Shown here in pieces: positions 37,328-53,633 of a stretch of 64,000 bases of DNA; the first letter of the stretch is position 1; each line of letters opens with the position of its first letter. Below the pieces are notes generated by a model. The model was not told the DNA's origin. It saw only the letters and a list, made by a program, of their open reading frames with translations, and made no database searches. The stretch lies in NCBI GenBank assembly GCA_012295275.1, contig CM022674.1, positions 16,058,001 through 16,122,000 of the forward strand. Reading direction: 5' to 3'. The position numbers were made by a program, and so were the translations under genes. This stretch comes from Chrysomallon squamiferum. Its lineage: Eukaryota; Animalia; Mollusca.

Positions 37328-37413
37328 AACACTTAGTTTACAACAAAACCTTTCCGAAGCGAGAGCCGATGTGAAACGCGTCCGCACTCGACGCCACCAT
37401 AACCGGAAGTCCA

Positions 37414-37904
37414 CTAGCGTGAACGCTAACCACGACACCATCCGATCTCGGACGACCACCATACGAAAAGAACTTCTAGTCAATCGTGCGATCGATGTTG
37501 TGCAATCGATTTGGAGTTACCTCCCAATATGGCGATTATCTGTAGAAGCTGCCATTTTCGAAATTTGCATAATATCCTGCAATACTATAAGAATTATATA
37601 ACTTGCGGGAATAATGACATCATGTTTATTTTTAGAAACTATGTAATGCAATTCTTTTAATTTTATATAAATGTTTATTTTATTAAATATTTTATTTTAT
37701 ATGCTAAATATTAACGAATGTGTGGATTTATATTTAAAATAGTTAGATAAAATAAAATGAAAATGACGGCTTCTGCAGATAATCGCCATGTTGGGAGATA
37801 ACCCAAAACCGACTGCGCAACATCGATCGCAGGATTGACTAGAAGTTATTTTCGTATGTTGCTCGTCCGAGATCGGATGGTGTCGTGGCTAGAATTCACT
37901 CTCG
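37414..37904. repeat. Inverted repeat: 146-bp arms (37414-37559 and 37759-37904) around a 199-bp AT-rich spacer
   Basis: ccacgacaccatccgatctcggacga...ggcgattatctgtagaagctgccattttc is the reverse complement of gaaaatgacggcttctgcagataatcgcc...tcgtccgagatcggatggtgtcgtgg. Confidence 0.92.
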
Positions 37905-37945
37905 CTACGCTCTCTGCTTGGAGTTCGAATCTTCGCACGCTCGGA
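37876..37945 (+). other. Possible tRNA-derived (SINE-like) head with Pol III A/B boxes; second copy at 60637-60703
   Basis: tggtgtcgtgg(c/t)tag (A-box-like) and gagttcgaatc (B-box-like) about 45 bp apart. No clean cloverleaf is visible. Confidence 0.4.
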
Positions 37946-38029
37946 TAATTTACATTTGATTTCTCTTTCCAGGTGATGTCGGTGATGTCGGTAATTAAGG
38001 TAAGTTAGGTAAACGTCAACAGTAGTAGA

Positions 38030-38450
38030 GTTAGAAATAATACCAGTACTGGAAATAGTAGGCCTAGTAATAATAGTAGTAGTACTGGAAATGGTACCGC
38101 TAGTAATAATAGTAGTAGTACTGGAAATGGTACCGCTAGTAATAATAGTAGTACTACTGGAAATAGCACGGCTAGTAATAATAGTAGTATTGGTGTTGGA
38201 ACAAATATTGGAAGTAATAACAGTAGAACTAGTAACAACAGTAATGGAAATAATAGGGCTAGTAATAATAGTAATACTGGAAATATTAGGGCTTTTAATA
38301 ATAGTTGTGGAAAGGTAGGGCTAGTAATAATAGTAGTAAAAATAGTAGGACTAGTAAAAACAGTAGTAATACTAGAAATGGTAGAGGTAATAGTATTAGA
38401 AATAGTAGGGATAGTAATAATAGTTGTGGAAATATTAGCGCTGGTAATAA
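38030..38450 (+). repeat. About 30-36-bp minisatellite (agtaataatagtagtagtactggaaatggtaccgct); related array at 60795-60940
   Basis: Direct inspection. Confidence 0.85.
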
Positions 38451-38589
38451 TGGTGGTGCTGAAAAGCTCTCTGCTATTAGACACGTGAACTAAATAATAA
38501 TACATTTTGTTTTATTTTATTTTAAATTTTATTAAAGCAAAAGCAGCAAATACAAAACAGTCGTGGGAAATTGGGAAATCACATGACAA

Positions 38590-39448
38590 TGTTTATAATA
38601 ATACAAAACCAGATACATTTTGTGTTAGAATCATTTGTTTTTTATCTCTGGACACGAAACTAACAGTTTTATGGATAACCATAGGTTGTTTACCTTTACT
38701 TACAACTTCCACCTTATACCTTATAACAAAGATTTGTTGGTGTCCATAGTGGGTTGATAAATGTTACATTCATCAACAAGAATAATATTTTTATTTTCGG
38801 ATCTACTTTACAATTCACAATTTCAAATGAATTCTCACTCATGATAAAAGTGAATCCACCAAGTGGTTGATTTTCTCCAGGTATTGTACAAATTTCATTT
38901 GCTTCTTGTTTGTAATTTCTAACTCAAGTAACTAATTGTTCTCTGGTTGTTGCCACACTAGCAACTAATACTCTCCTAGCTATTTCTGTCATTTTCATTC
39001 CTTTAGAACTTACTTTTAATTTGTTAGCTTCCTCTCGTTCGGCAGCTTACACGACTTTTCTCTTCTCTTCTCTGATGATAGCGTTGATCACTTTTTCTGC
39101 ATATCGAGGTGTCGATTTTCGTTCAAAGGATTTTCCTTTGGTGAGTCTACAATAATTTCATCCTCTGACAAAGGTTCTGGTGTTTTTGTCGGTGTTGCTG
39201 TTGAATCGCTTCATGCTCTACTTTCAACGTGATGTACTGGGCAAGAATATCCGATGCAGTTGTATCAGGTTTTCGTCGATCAGACTGAAAGTTCTTCCTC
39301 CATTTACTCCATTCGTCTTTTTTTCTTCTGAATCTTTTGATCGTTCGTCTGGTTGTAGTATATTTCCTAGAGTTTGTTCTAGCGTCATCACTGGTACTTT
39401 AGACAAAGCTACACGATATTCAACCGGAAGAGCTAAATCGTAAGATCC
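38590..39448 (-). mobile_element. Endogenous parvovirus-like NS1/Rep fragment, copy 1 (retains Walker B and B')
   Basis: 38795-39448 is the reverse complement of about 55315-55990. After an internal deletion it reads NKNIILVDECNIYQPTMDTNKSLL*G, then in a shifted frame KVEVVSKGKQPMVIHKT (about 38665-38795), i.e. SF3 Walker B and motif B'. Confidence 0.82.
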
Positions 39449-39485
39449 ACAGAGCAGAGAGAGAGAGAGAGAGAGACGAGAGAGA

Positions 39486-39535
<50 letters not shown>

Positions 39536-39537
39536 AC

Positions 39538-40740
39538 CAATATAATCAACTTTGCCATCACAGTTCAGATCCGCTTCGCGCACCATTTCTTCAGCTTCTT
39601 TCTGAAATAAATCAATAAATAAATAAATAAATAATGATAAGTAGAAGTAATGATATTTGAATATATAGAAAGAAAGGAATCAGCAACTGTAATAACAACA
39701 GATAGATTATTGTCATCATTATAATTATCATCGACAATAATAACATTAATAACAGGCAACTGGCTCTTAAAGAATAGTAAGGCCAAAAATGTAGCCATGG
39801 ACCTGATAAAAGTTTATCTATTAGCTATTAGTAAAACCTGTAATATTATGTCGTCATGAACGCGCGTTTTATTTTTGTTGTATTTGTTTGTTGTTGTTTT
39901 TACAGCAGATATTCCGGAAAGCACATATACAGGTCAACGTTTATTTTAATGAACGGTAAAGGTCAAACATTTCTGCTACTATTACTACTGCTGTTCAATG
40001 CTACTACTACTATTACTACTACTACTACTACTACTAACAATAATAATAGCCACTTTTTTCTTACCTTTGTAATTTTTCTCTAATTTGTCAATTTCATAAG
40101 TCAGGAAAGGTTATAAACCATCCTTGTCTTTATCAAAGCGCGAAAAACCTCGGTACAACTCCTTTTCTTCGGGGTCCATCGTTTTCCGGGCAAGATGTCA
40201 ACGAACTCGTCAAAATCAATCGTCCCGCTTCCTACGAACAAAAAAAAAAAATAAAAAAAAAATAAAAAAAATAAATAAAAATTGATGATGTAGTAATTAT
40301 ATAATATTTCTTCAACAACAAAGACTACAAAACCGAAACGACAAAATCATCAATAGCATTTACCATACAACTTCACTTTAATTATTACCTCTACAGCCGG
40401 AGCTATCAATACTTCTGGTATTACAGTTATAATAATAATAATAATAGCTAATAATAATAATAATAATAATAGCTAATAATAATAATAATAAAATAAATAA
40501 ATAAATAAATACAATCCAGAAACTTTACATAAGCAATTATTGTTACCGTTTTATTATTGTTTATTATTATTTTACGATGGAATAAATCACTCACTGTCTG
40601 TGTCCACAGCTCGGATAAAATCCTTTAATTTCCTGTATTGACGGCCCTCTGTCCAAGGAGATCATCCACTGTGCCCAGCTCTTCAGTAGTGATCATTCCA
40701 TCGCCGTTCTTATCGAACATTTTAAACGTTTCTCTCAGCT
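39538..40740 (-). pseudogene. Calmodulin-like 4-EF-hand gene, three internal exons, frameshifted in this assembly, last exon not found
   Basis: Exons 40740-40595 ([34 protein letters not shown]), 40231-40065 (SGTIDFDEFVDI..FDKDKDGF) and 39601-39538 (KEAEEMVREADLNCDGKVDYI), with canonical AG/GT boundaries and several single-base indels. Confidence 0.88.
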
Positions 40741-41355
40741 CTGAAAAATTCACATTTCTCACACCTTCAGTTTATTAATGAATATAATTATAAGGCCAGT
40801 TATGCTTCAAAAATATTGTCATACTTAGGATCGTTTCTGCAGTTTATATGGTATAATATTGTTTCAAAAGACTGAGATTTGTGGATTTGTTCTTGGCTAT
40901 TAAAAAAAAAAAAAAGTTGAAAAAAAAAAGTATTCCATATGGATGATATTATTAATTTAACTATCTTCATGAATTCAAGCGTTACCTCTCATGAATCTAT
41001 AAAAATATGATTATCACGAGCAGTGTAATATAGTTGATAGATTTAAGTAATTATCAAATTATTTTTTTTTCCAATTTCACGTTTTTCATCATCATCATCA
41101 TCGTCATCATCATTATTATTATTATTAACCACACCTCTCTCTTTTTCTGTCTCTTCCTTTTCCCCTCTCACACACATTTCTTTCTTTTTCCTCTACTCAA
41201 AAAAATTAGTAACCGCGATGTTACGCCCCACGAACTCACTTTCTCATATTATATCTCCTTTGCATCGCCTTTTATGTTATATTAATTGACCTAATTAGCG
41301 CAATATTGTGGATAATCATTTAATGAATAAGATGAACGTAGCAGTTAAACGTAAA

Positions 41356-41428
41356 ACATCAATTGGTCTAGTGGTAGAATGCTCGCGCCTGCCACATAGG
41401 TGACCCAGGTTCGATTCAGGTCGATGCA
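41356..41428 (+). tRNA. tRNA-Gly(GCC), degenerate (pseudogene or error-containing)
   Basis: acatcaattggtctagtggtagaatgctcgcgcctgccacataggtgacccaggttcgattcaggtcgatgca resembles metazoan tRNA-Gly-GCC (D-loop AGTGGTAGAA, anticodon loop CTGCCAC, T-loop GGTTCGATTC), but the stems are mismatched. Confidence 0.7.
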
Positions 41429-43288
41429 AATGTGATTACAATTTTCTTTTAAATTTTAGTTTTATATATTTTATATACATTGAATTTTCTTCTGAAAATA
41501 TATGTTTCTTCGCATATGCCTTCTGTTTTCTTTTTTCTCTTTGTATCATCTTTGTACCGAAATAAAAAAAAAATAAACTTATTCTGCCAAAATCACAAAA
41601 TGTCCGTATATCGCTGAAGGCCGCTCATCTCGAGCCCACAAAAAGGAGTACCACTGTACACAAATGTTAAAGATCTACCGATATAAACGCGTAAGGCATC
41701 GTAAAATGCTTCTGATGAGCGTAAATTTTAGGGAAATATATAATGAATAGTTAAAACATGAAAAACTCAAAAATTATAAGTTATGTAATTTTTTGCACGT
41801 TTATCTGGATAATAATTTATAAATAGTTATATATGTTTAGGCTTTATTTCCTCCACTTTTGAATGTTTTACGTTTCTGTTTTCTTTTATATCTATTATAG
41901 GAATATTATCAATGAAAACAGAACAAATTTCATGTTTTATTTCTTTTTTTTTTTTAATTCTTTTTGCATTGTTTTATTGTTTTTATTTTATTCTTTATTT
42001 ACTTCCTGACTTTGCCATGGCGACTATTCCATTTTCATAATGACTGTTTCCTGGATTCAGTTACATCACTTAACTGTCAGTTATGCTGACTTCTTAATAA
42101 TTTGAAATTCTTGTAAAATATATCCATAGGTGAAGTGCATGAAATATAATAATGTGATTAATCCCACAGTCAAAACATTTATCACTTACAGCCAAAACCT
42201 CAACCTAAAACAAACCGACACATAAAAAAAAAAAAAAAAATAATAATAATAATAATAATAATAAAACAAAAATTAAATCAAGAAGAAGTGACTGGTAATA
42301 GCTGGTAATAATTATCAAGAAAGCGTTGTTAAACCAATATTCATCCGTCCATTCATCCCTTCCATTTCATCCTTTCAATCCTCTTTCTTTCTTTCATCCC
42401 TTCCATCCTTGCATGCCTCCTTCCTTTCTTTTTCCCTCTCTTTATTATCCTCTTTCATTCTTTATTTCCTCCCTTCGTTCATTATTTTCTTCCTTCAGTC
42501 AGTCTGGTGTAATGGAAAATATTTTTACAGATGACCGTACAACATTTTTACATGCTGTCGTATCTGCTAACTGTCAGAAAAGTATCTCTTGTCTGACTGA
42601 TTACAGAGATTTCAGAACAGAGCATAAAGCTATCACCGAATTTCTAATTTACATTTCTCTTCTTGGTATGTATTTTCAGTTAGCATCAGTTTCCCTGCAG
42701 CTTCTTTCAAAGTACGTAAAAGATATTATCATGAAGCAGAATGGAACAGGAACATTACTATAATATTGTCAGTTTTGATTTAATGGAATATTTGATAACG
42801 CTGTACGTTGAAATGTGTGGGTTAATTCTTTTAACTTTGGTCCGTTTTTATAAACAGTTTTTATTTTGCGTATGTGACGATATATATGTTTGTATGTGAA
42901 TGTATTTGTGTGTGTATGCGTGTGCATGTGTGCGTGCGTGTGTCTGTTTGTCTATCTATCTCTCCATCCATTTCTCTAAGTCCTTTCTCTGTTTCTCTCA
43001 CTTTTGCCTCTTCTGTACTATATGTACATGTATACTGAACATTGATATTTAAGATCTATGTGTGTGTTCTTCAGTTCTTTAATTTTTAATAGCAACAGTA
43101 TTATCATAATTCAGGAAATAAATCGCTATATTTCATGTATATACGCACTTACTTGAATTATCTACATTTAAAATCTACATATGTTGTTACCATAACACTT
43201 CGCAACCTATAGCAATAATCGCAGAATGCTTTAAAAGTTAAAACTTAATCTAATTCCAACTCTGCTGTTATCTCGTATCTATTAACTA

Positions 43289-43390
43289 CAGGTCTTGAGT
43301 CAGCTGAGTTCAAAAATAGAATGGGTAACCCACTAAGAATAGTGTATTTTAGCTCTGAGCTATTTTAAAACCTCAGCTAGTTGCCAGCTG
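43289..43390. mobile_element. Possible tiny TA-flanked MITE
   Basis: ta-caggtcttgagtcagctgagttcaaaaatag ... ctattttaaaacctcagctagttgccagctg-ta: imperfect terminal inverted repeats. Confidence 0.35.
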
Positions 43391-44026
43391 TACGTGTTTA
43401 TCCAGTCATGTAGTTTCCAGATCCTAGATTACTTAAGATATAATTTAAACTGATCTTTTCCTACAGATTGCAGGGCAACCATAAATTACACAACTCTCTT
43501 TATAATAACAGACTTAACGCCTGTGCAAGAATGATGAACTACTCGTGTAAGAATAAGGTACTTGAGTTCAGCGTACGTGTAACTTCACTGTTATTATCGT
43601 TCATTATAAGTTGTTTTCTCTGGACTGTTGTACCACTGGTAATAAATTAGTACTGATCATCTAATTATATCTTTAAATTGTCTTTAAAATCTGTTCTACA
43701 AATGTCTTTAATGTTGTTAACTGCCTATGTTATTGGGAAAATTTACGACTCCTGTTGATAGTAGTGATTAATAATTTTAATAGTAGTAGTTGTAGGAGCT
43801 GTAGTAGTAGCAGCAGTAGTGGTTGAAGCAGAATGATAATGGTAATATTTCCACTAATTATAATAATAATATTACTATATGTTTCTACTACTACTACTTC
43901 TACTACTATTAATATTATTTGTAGTACAATTACTGTTCTGTTACTACAATTACTATACACTACTAGCACTGCTAGTAATACTGCAGGTAGCGCTAATACG
44001 TACAGCTAAAACAGCGGTTATTTTCT

Positions 44027-44075
<49 letters not shown>

Positions 44076-45448
44076 TATAATGCCGTCATAAGTATATTAA
44101 TTATATATTTAGTTGAACGGTTTACATTCTCTGTATATTTATTTATTTAAGTGAGCAATCACATAACTACTAAAATAAGTAATTCACTCTGGCTACATCT
44201 GAAAATTGAGCTATGAACCGTTCTCAACATCCATATGGTTTCTATTTTACATCAGCGTTTCTGGCAACATTAAAAAGCCATTAGCGATACTGCACTCTCG
44301 GTTAACCGTACAAATAGTTGTTTTAATGAAAGATTATCAAGGAACGTAAATTGAAAAAAATCAGAAACGACAGGAGGTGTAATTCATCAAAATGCACGGG
44401 ATGACCAACAGCTATAAGACAGTTAAGTACTGTTAACTTCTATATTGTATTGCCGGTTTTCTTCAGTAGTTTTCATTAGTAAAGGTTATCAGAATGTAAA
44501 TAACACATGCAATATGCCCATACACTAAAACTTATATACATACATGCAGACACACTCATCACAAACATATACATACATAGATACACACATTATATATATA
44601 CAATACATATATTCATAAATACATAAATACATACATACGCATATAAATACATACATATATATATACACACCCATATATACATACAGTCAGACGAAAACAT
44701 TTTAAAAAATACTTACGTACACACATAAACACACACGCACATCACTTTGTTTCGTATCCAGTTATTCCTTTCAAAGAAGTGTCAAAGACTGTGCTCTTAA
44801 GTAATAATCTGTAGTGTAATGGAAGGTGCATTCAGAATATATTTGCAACTCAAAATTTTCGTAAATTTTACAAAATAAAACTAATTTAAAATTACGTTAA
44901 TAAATATGAGATTGTAACAAAATTTGGACCTAATCATTCACAAAGCTTACATCAGAAATACCTAATGACTTCTTAAATTATAACTTTCAGGAACCCCCAA
45001 AACAACACATCAACCAAAACAACAACAACACACACAAGAAAACACAATACAACATAAAATATAAAATACACTTACCATAATCTCTAACGAATCTGGGTTT
45101 CCTAGTCTACAAACTATTCACGTAATGTTCGCAATTTTAATCCTCTGCGTTCACCATTACCGAACATCCACAGAAAGAAATAAATGTTTTTATTCCAAGC
45201 TCAAAGGCAGACATTTCTGTATGTTTGTGTTTTGAGTTTCTTCGAGTAACGGTTATTAACGATGCCGCCGCAGTGATTCGGTGTAATCCGAAACGAGCGT
45301 AACCTGTACAGGTTTTCGACGGGAGCTACAGATGTAGCGTGAGGTGGGAGGAGCTTAGATGTCGACAGAGAGAAATCGGTCCTTTCTGTAATACTTCGTG
45401 TTCTTTCGGAATACAGCAACAAAACAAGTATCTGGAGGAATGATATAT

Positions 45449-45648
45449 NNNNNNNNNNNNNNNNNNNNNNNNNNNNNNNNNNNNNNNNNNNNNNNNNNNN
45501 NNNNNNNNNNNNNNNNNNNNNNNNNNNNNNNNNNNNNNNNNNNNNNNNNNNNNNNNNNNNNNNNNNNNNNNNNNNNNNNNNNNNNNNNNNNNNNNNNNNN
45601 NNNNNNNNNNNNNNNNNNNNNNNNNNNNNNNNNNNNNNNNNNNNNNNN
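45449..45648. other. Assembly gap (200 N)
   Basis: Run of n. Confidence 1.
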
Positions 45649-46001
45649 GGTCATTTGATTATTTGTTGAATTATTTATTTCAATTTTTGCCTGTTTTATT
45701 TATTTATTAATTTATTTATTTCAATATATATCTGTGTCAACATGATTATAAATAAATATAAATAAAAGAAACAATTAAATAATAATAAAATTACTACTAA
45801 TAATAATAATACTACGACTACGACTACGACTACTACTACTACAACTACTACTACTACTACTGCTAATACAACTAATAATGATAAATACAAACACACACAT
45901 ATATAAAAGGTTGATTATAAACACAAAATCTGGTTTATGCAAAAATACATGAATATTATAACCGTGTTTATTTTTTGTCTATCTATGTATCTATCTATCT
46001 A

Positions 46002-46055
<54 letters not shown>

Positions 46056-47405
46056 TTTACCATACACACACCGACCCACACAAAATCACATACACATAGA
46101 TATACATACATATACATACATACCTACACACCTACGCTCATAACGTGGATCAGGTTTTTCAAAAAATATTTTGTTATTTCTTCTTTAGTAAAATTGCCTT
46201 TTACCTTTCTGTCTTTTTGTGTCATTTAAAAACCGACGTAAAACACACACAGAGACACACACACACACGCACACGCACACATACATACACATAGAAATGC
46301 ATATACAAAGACACGCAGATACATTCAAACATTACAACAATATTATATACACATTAATTATGCAGACACACTAGGTATAAACATATAAAAACAGACACAA
46401 ACACAACATACTTAAGCAAAGGATTTCGCTAGGGAATACATTCTGTCTCTCTACAAATTCAATACATCAAATACACTGGTTTACACACTGAACCGTTGCA
46501 GATAAGTTCATCCAGAGTTACGGTTCTTGCTATTTATAGGCAGGGAAATACCAACATTAATATAATAAATGTCATTGTTTCAGTAACATAACTTATTTAA
46601 ATAAACGTGTTTGGTTTAGTTGATTGTCGATTATTAAATATTTGAAAGGAACAGAAGGCCAAAACATCATTTGTGGCATCAATAAATAGACAGAAAATTG
46701 TATTTCCGCAGTTAATGAAGACTTAATTTTAAAAAATTGAATAAATAAATACATGCATTTTAAAAATAAATATTAAGAAGAAAAAAATTGCTAAATAAAT
46801 AAATCATAACAAAATTAAAATGAATTTTGACTGAAATTATTAATTTGTATTCTGACATATTATTTAAAACTGAATATTCTTATTCTTCAAAACTGTTTTG
46901 TAACTGGTCTTACACTCAAAACCACTAACACAAACACTAACTTTACCATGTACTCTTAAACCACAACCTCAAGAACATTATTACTTTGACTACCAACACT
47001 GCTATCACTGGTAACATTCAACCATGGATTATCATCTGTACCATCATCTATTATTATAATCATCATCATCATCAGCATTATTATTGTCATCAAGATAATC
47101 ACCATCATCATTATTATCTTCATCATCAACATTATCATTCTCAGGAATACTGTGGTTTTAACATCAGATAATAAAATAGGATTTTGCTATTAACAATTTC
47201 AATTTTTGTTGGTGTTTATTGTGGTTATTATGTTTCATAATTCACACTTCACGAATTCTTTTCTTTACCATGACCTGTCAAGGTATTATTATTTTGGTAA
47301 CCACTCAAACATTTCAAATTTAAAAAGAAAGAAAAACAAAAAGAAAAGTATATATATCTTAATAGTGTTTTATTTATTATGAAATGAGCTACAGACTTCT
47401 TCTTC

Positions 47406-47477
<72 letters not shown>

Positions 47478-47501
47478 ATTTGTTTATTTATTTATTTACA
47501 G

Positions 47502-51000
<3,499 letters not shown>

Positions 51001-51010
51001 GTAAATGTAT

Positions 51011-51065
<55 letters not shown>

Positions 51066-51318
51066 GTAATAAATATAATAAATTAAATTAAATTAAATTA
51101 ACACAATATAAAATACATTGTAGTGTGAAAATAGTTACTTACCTGAACATTTTTCTGATCGATAATTTCTTAGAAACGAGAAATGTCTGTTTAACTCTTC
51201 TGTTGATCACAGAGATCAGGGATCTATAAATAAATAAATAAATAAATAAATAAAATGACACAAAGTAAAACGAAGTAATAAGAAATAGCATAAACTATAA
51301 ACGATACACTAAACTCTA

Positions 51319-51664
51319 CAGATACCGGACCAATTATCCGGCGTCGTGAAATCCCGAAAGACCAGAAAACCGGAACATTTTCCCGACGCAATTTTCATAG
51401 TTTGCGCGAGCGGGTATTGTTCTCACGAGACCGGAACTACTCTTTCAAGCCGCATAGTGTTCATTCACTCGCCGCATTGTTTACGTGACGAGTCACCACA
51501 GTTGTGTATCGTCAGTTTTCTTTATTTCTTTTTCTTGTTTAAAGTATAAAATGTTTATGCCTAAATACTTACGAATTTAGATGCCTTGGCACGAGAAAAC
51601 CGGAAAATCTAGAAATTCGGAATGCCTCAGGCCTCAAGGATCCCGATAATTGCTCTGGTACCTG
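51319..51664. mobile_element. 346-bp TA-flanked MITE (pogo/Tigger-like ends)
   Basis: ta-cagataccggaccaattatccgg ... ccgataattgctctggtacctg-ta; second partial copy at 11073-11301. Confidence 0.8.
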
Positions 51665-52199
51665 TATTTAGGTGATAGTATTACAACTACTGCTACTGCA
51701 ACTGCTACTACTACTACTAATAGAATAATAATTATTATTATAATGACGATACCATTATTATTTTTATTTTTTCTGAATATTTGTTTTTATTTATTATTGT
51801 TGTTGTTGATGTTGTTATCATCAAATATTCTTCGATATTTTCCATAAACCAGTGTGTTAGGTAGAAAAAAATAAAAAAATCGTTAAAGACAATTCACACA
51901 AAAAATATATAGCCTTGACAGAATAGTTTACAAGTTCAATATGTCTGATCTGATTTAAGCAAAGTAATAATAGTACGGCATATATTAAATTACAATAAAA
52001 TACAAAATACCTTCAAATTTCAAACTGTCCGTCTTCGTAAGAAAGTATGTCTTTGCTTGGTGACTGTTTTCCTGGAACTGACAACGTCCTGTTTGACAGG
52101 TAATTGAAATATCTTCTGTGTATCGCTGTTTACAATGTTGTCTGCTCATAAACACGTGACTGAAATCAGATGTAGAGGTAACACCACCTTTAGCGTTAA

Positions 52200-53200
52200 A
52201 CGTGCACTTTTCCACCACTTGTCACCGAACTCTATAGCAAAAATATGCTGCATTTTTTGTTTTCTTATTTATTTAATGAAAACTCTTTACTAATAGCTAG
52301 CATTAAGCCAATTTAAATCGAAAATTGTGGTTTACATATATTTTATTTTTATTTTTTTATTATTTCAAAATCCAATGCATGAAAGCCACTAGCAAAACAG
52401 ATAAAGCAATTTTGCTTTACTGATCCCAAAACCAATACCAGTGAAGCTCTAGAATATCAACATTTACTCAAAAGAGAGGCAATGTCTTCGTTCGAATTTA
52501 TACATTAAATCCACGATATTTTTAATACATTACAAAATAACTTAATATTTGGTGCTCGTAAACCACCATTTTCATAATCATCAAAAATTCTTCTTCTTTC
52601 TTTTTTTCTGACTATTTTCTGAGGTTTTTTATTCCAAATAAACTGAAATTATTAAAGAAATTGCTTTCTAATATTTTAAACAAATAATTTGTTGGATTTG
52701 GCAGTGATGAAGAAACATAAACAACTTTCGATAAAATTAAACTTTCGATTACAGTAATTTTTCATAAAGGTAAGAAACAACGACTGAAGCAACCTTTGAA
52801 TCTTACTGAACTTTGCATTAAAGTTTAGCTGTTGTATCTGATCCGTGGAAAACCGTACCGCAAGTGTTGTAAATTGTGTAGCACATTTTAATGTATGTTT
52901 TTAACATATTTGTTTTGTGATCATTTTGGTCTTTCCCTAATTTTATTACATCTGTTATATCTTTATCAACTGTAAGAACATATACGTCTGTAAAATATTT
53001 TAATGTCTCTACATATGCTCATGGAGTTTTATCACACGAACCTAATTCCAATGTTCAAACCAAGATTCCAAGAATCTCAAAACATAAAATGAAAACACAG
53101 TGAAGTAATAGATCCCCTTGTCTGCAACCTCTGTACATTTGACGCGATTAGTAATCTTACCATTTACGGTTAAACACGATTCATGTTTATGCTCCAAAGT
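52200..53200 (-). mobile_element. Decayed LINE RT fragment, paralog of 2030-3200
   Basis: Aligns to the first copy. gatccccttgtctgcaacctct at about 53112 reads RGCRQGDL on the minus strand; ttattccaaataaactgaaa is shared. Confidence 0.8.
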
Positions 53201-53508
53201 TTTCGTTTCTTTCTTTACTTTCTTCTAATTCCACGATATTATATAACTTTTGTTTTTGTTTTTAATCAAAATCCACAATAAATTAAGAATAAATTCGAAA
53301 CACCAAAGGGAAATAACTTAAGCTTTGTATTCATGGAAGTGGTAAAGGAATTATCTCCCACTGTATCAGTAAACACTTTTCTTGTCTGCTCTATGAAAAT
53401 AGTTAAACACGATGTATTTGTTACTCAACATTTACTATGAACAGTCATAATTAAACAACATAATTAAACAACAACAACAACAACAACATAATAATAATAA
53501 TAATAATA

Positions 53509-53543
<35 letters not shown>

Positions 53544-53584
53544 TATTATTATTATTATCATTATTATTACTGTCATTATTACTG

Positions 53585-53633
<49 letters not shown>

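Larger units (their letters stand above)
33425..37413 (-). mobile_element. Tx1-like (L1 clade) non-LTR retrotransposon, 5'-complete, 3'-deleted
   Basis: 5' end (t)ggacttccggttatggtggcg at 37413, ORF1 with CCHC knuckles, ORF2 with APE and RT. Absent from the inverted paralog, whose empty site is at 60666/60667. Confidence 0.95.

Noticed and set aside
37328-37483. N-terminal extension of LINE ORF1 in ORF 36902-37483
   Set aside because: It crosses the LINE 5' junction at 37413 into flanking repeat; the likely start is the ATG at 37327.
42530-42665. Candidate exon DRTTFLHAVVSANCQKSISCLTDYRDF
   Set aside because: It has AG/GT boundaries but no partner exons or recognisable family.
40986-46950. 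5' exons of the calmodulin-like gene
   Set aside because: Several incompatible candidates exist (a 31-nt exon or ATG|gtaagt at 45076-45106, an 11-nt exon near 40986-40996, ATG|gtaaag near 46946). I cannot choose without transcripts, and a gap intervenes.
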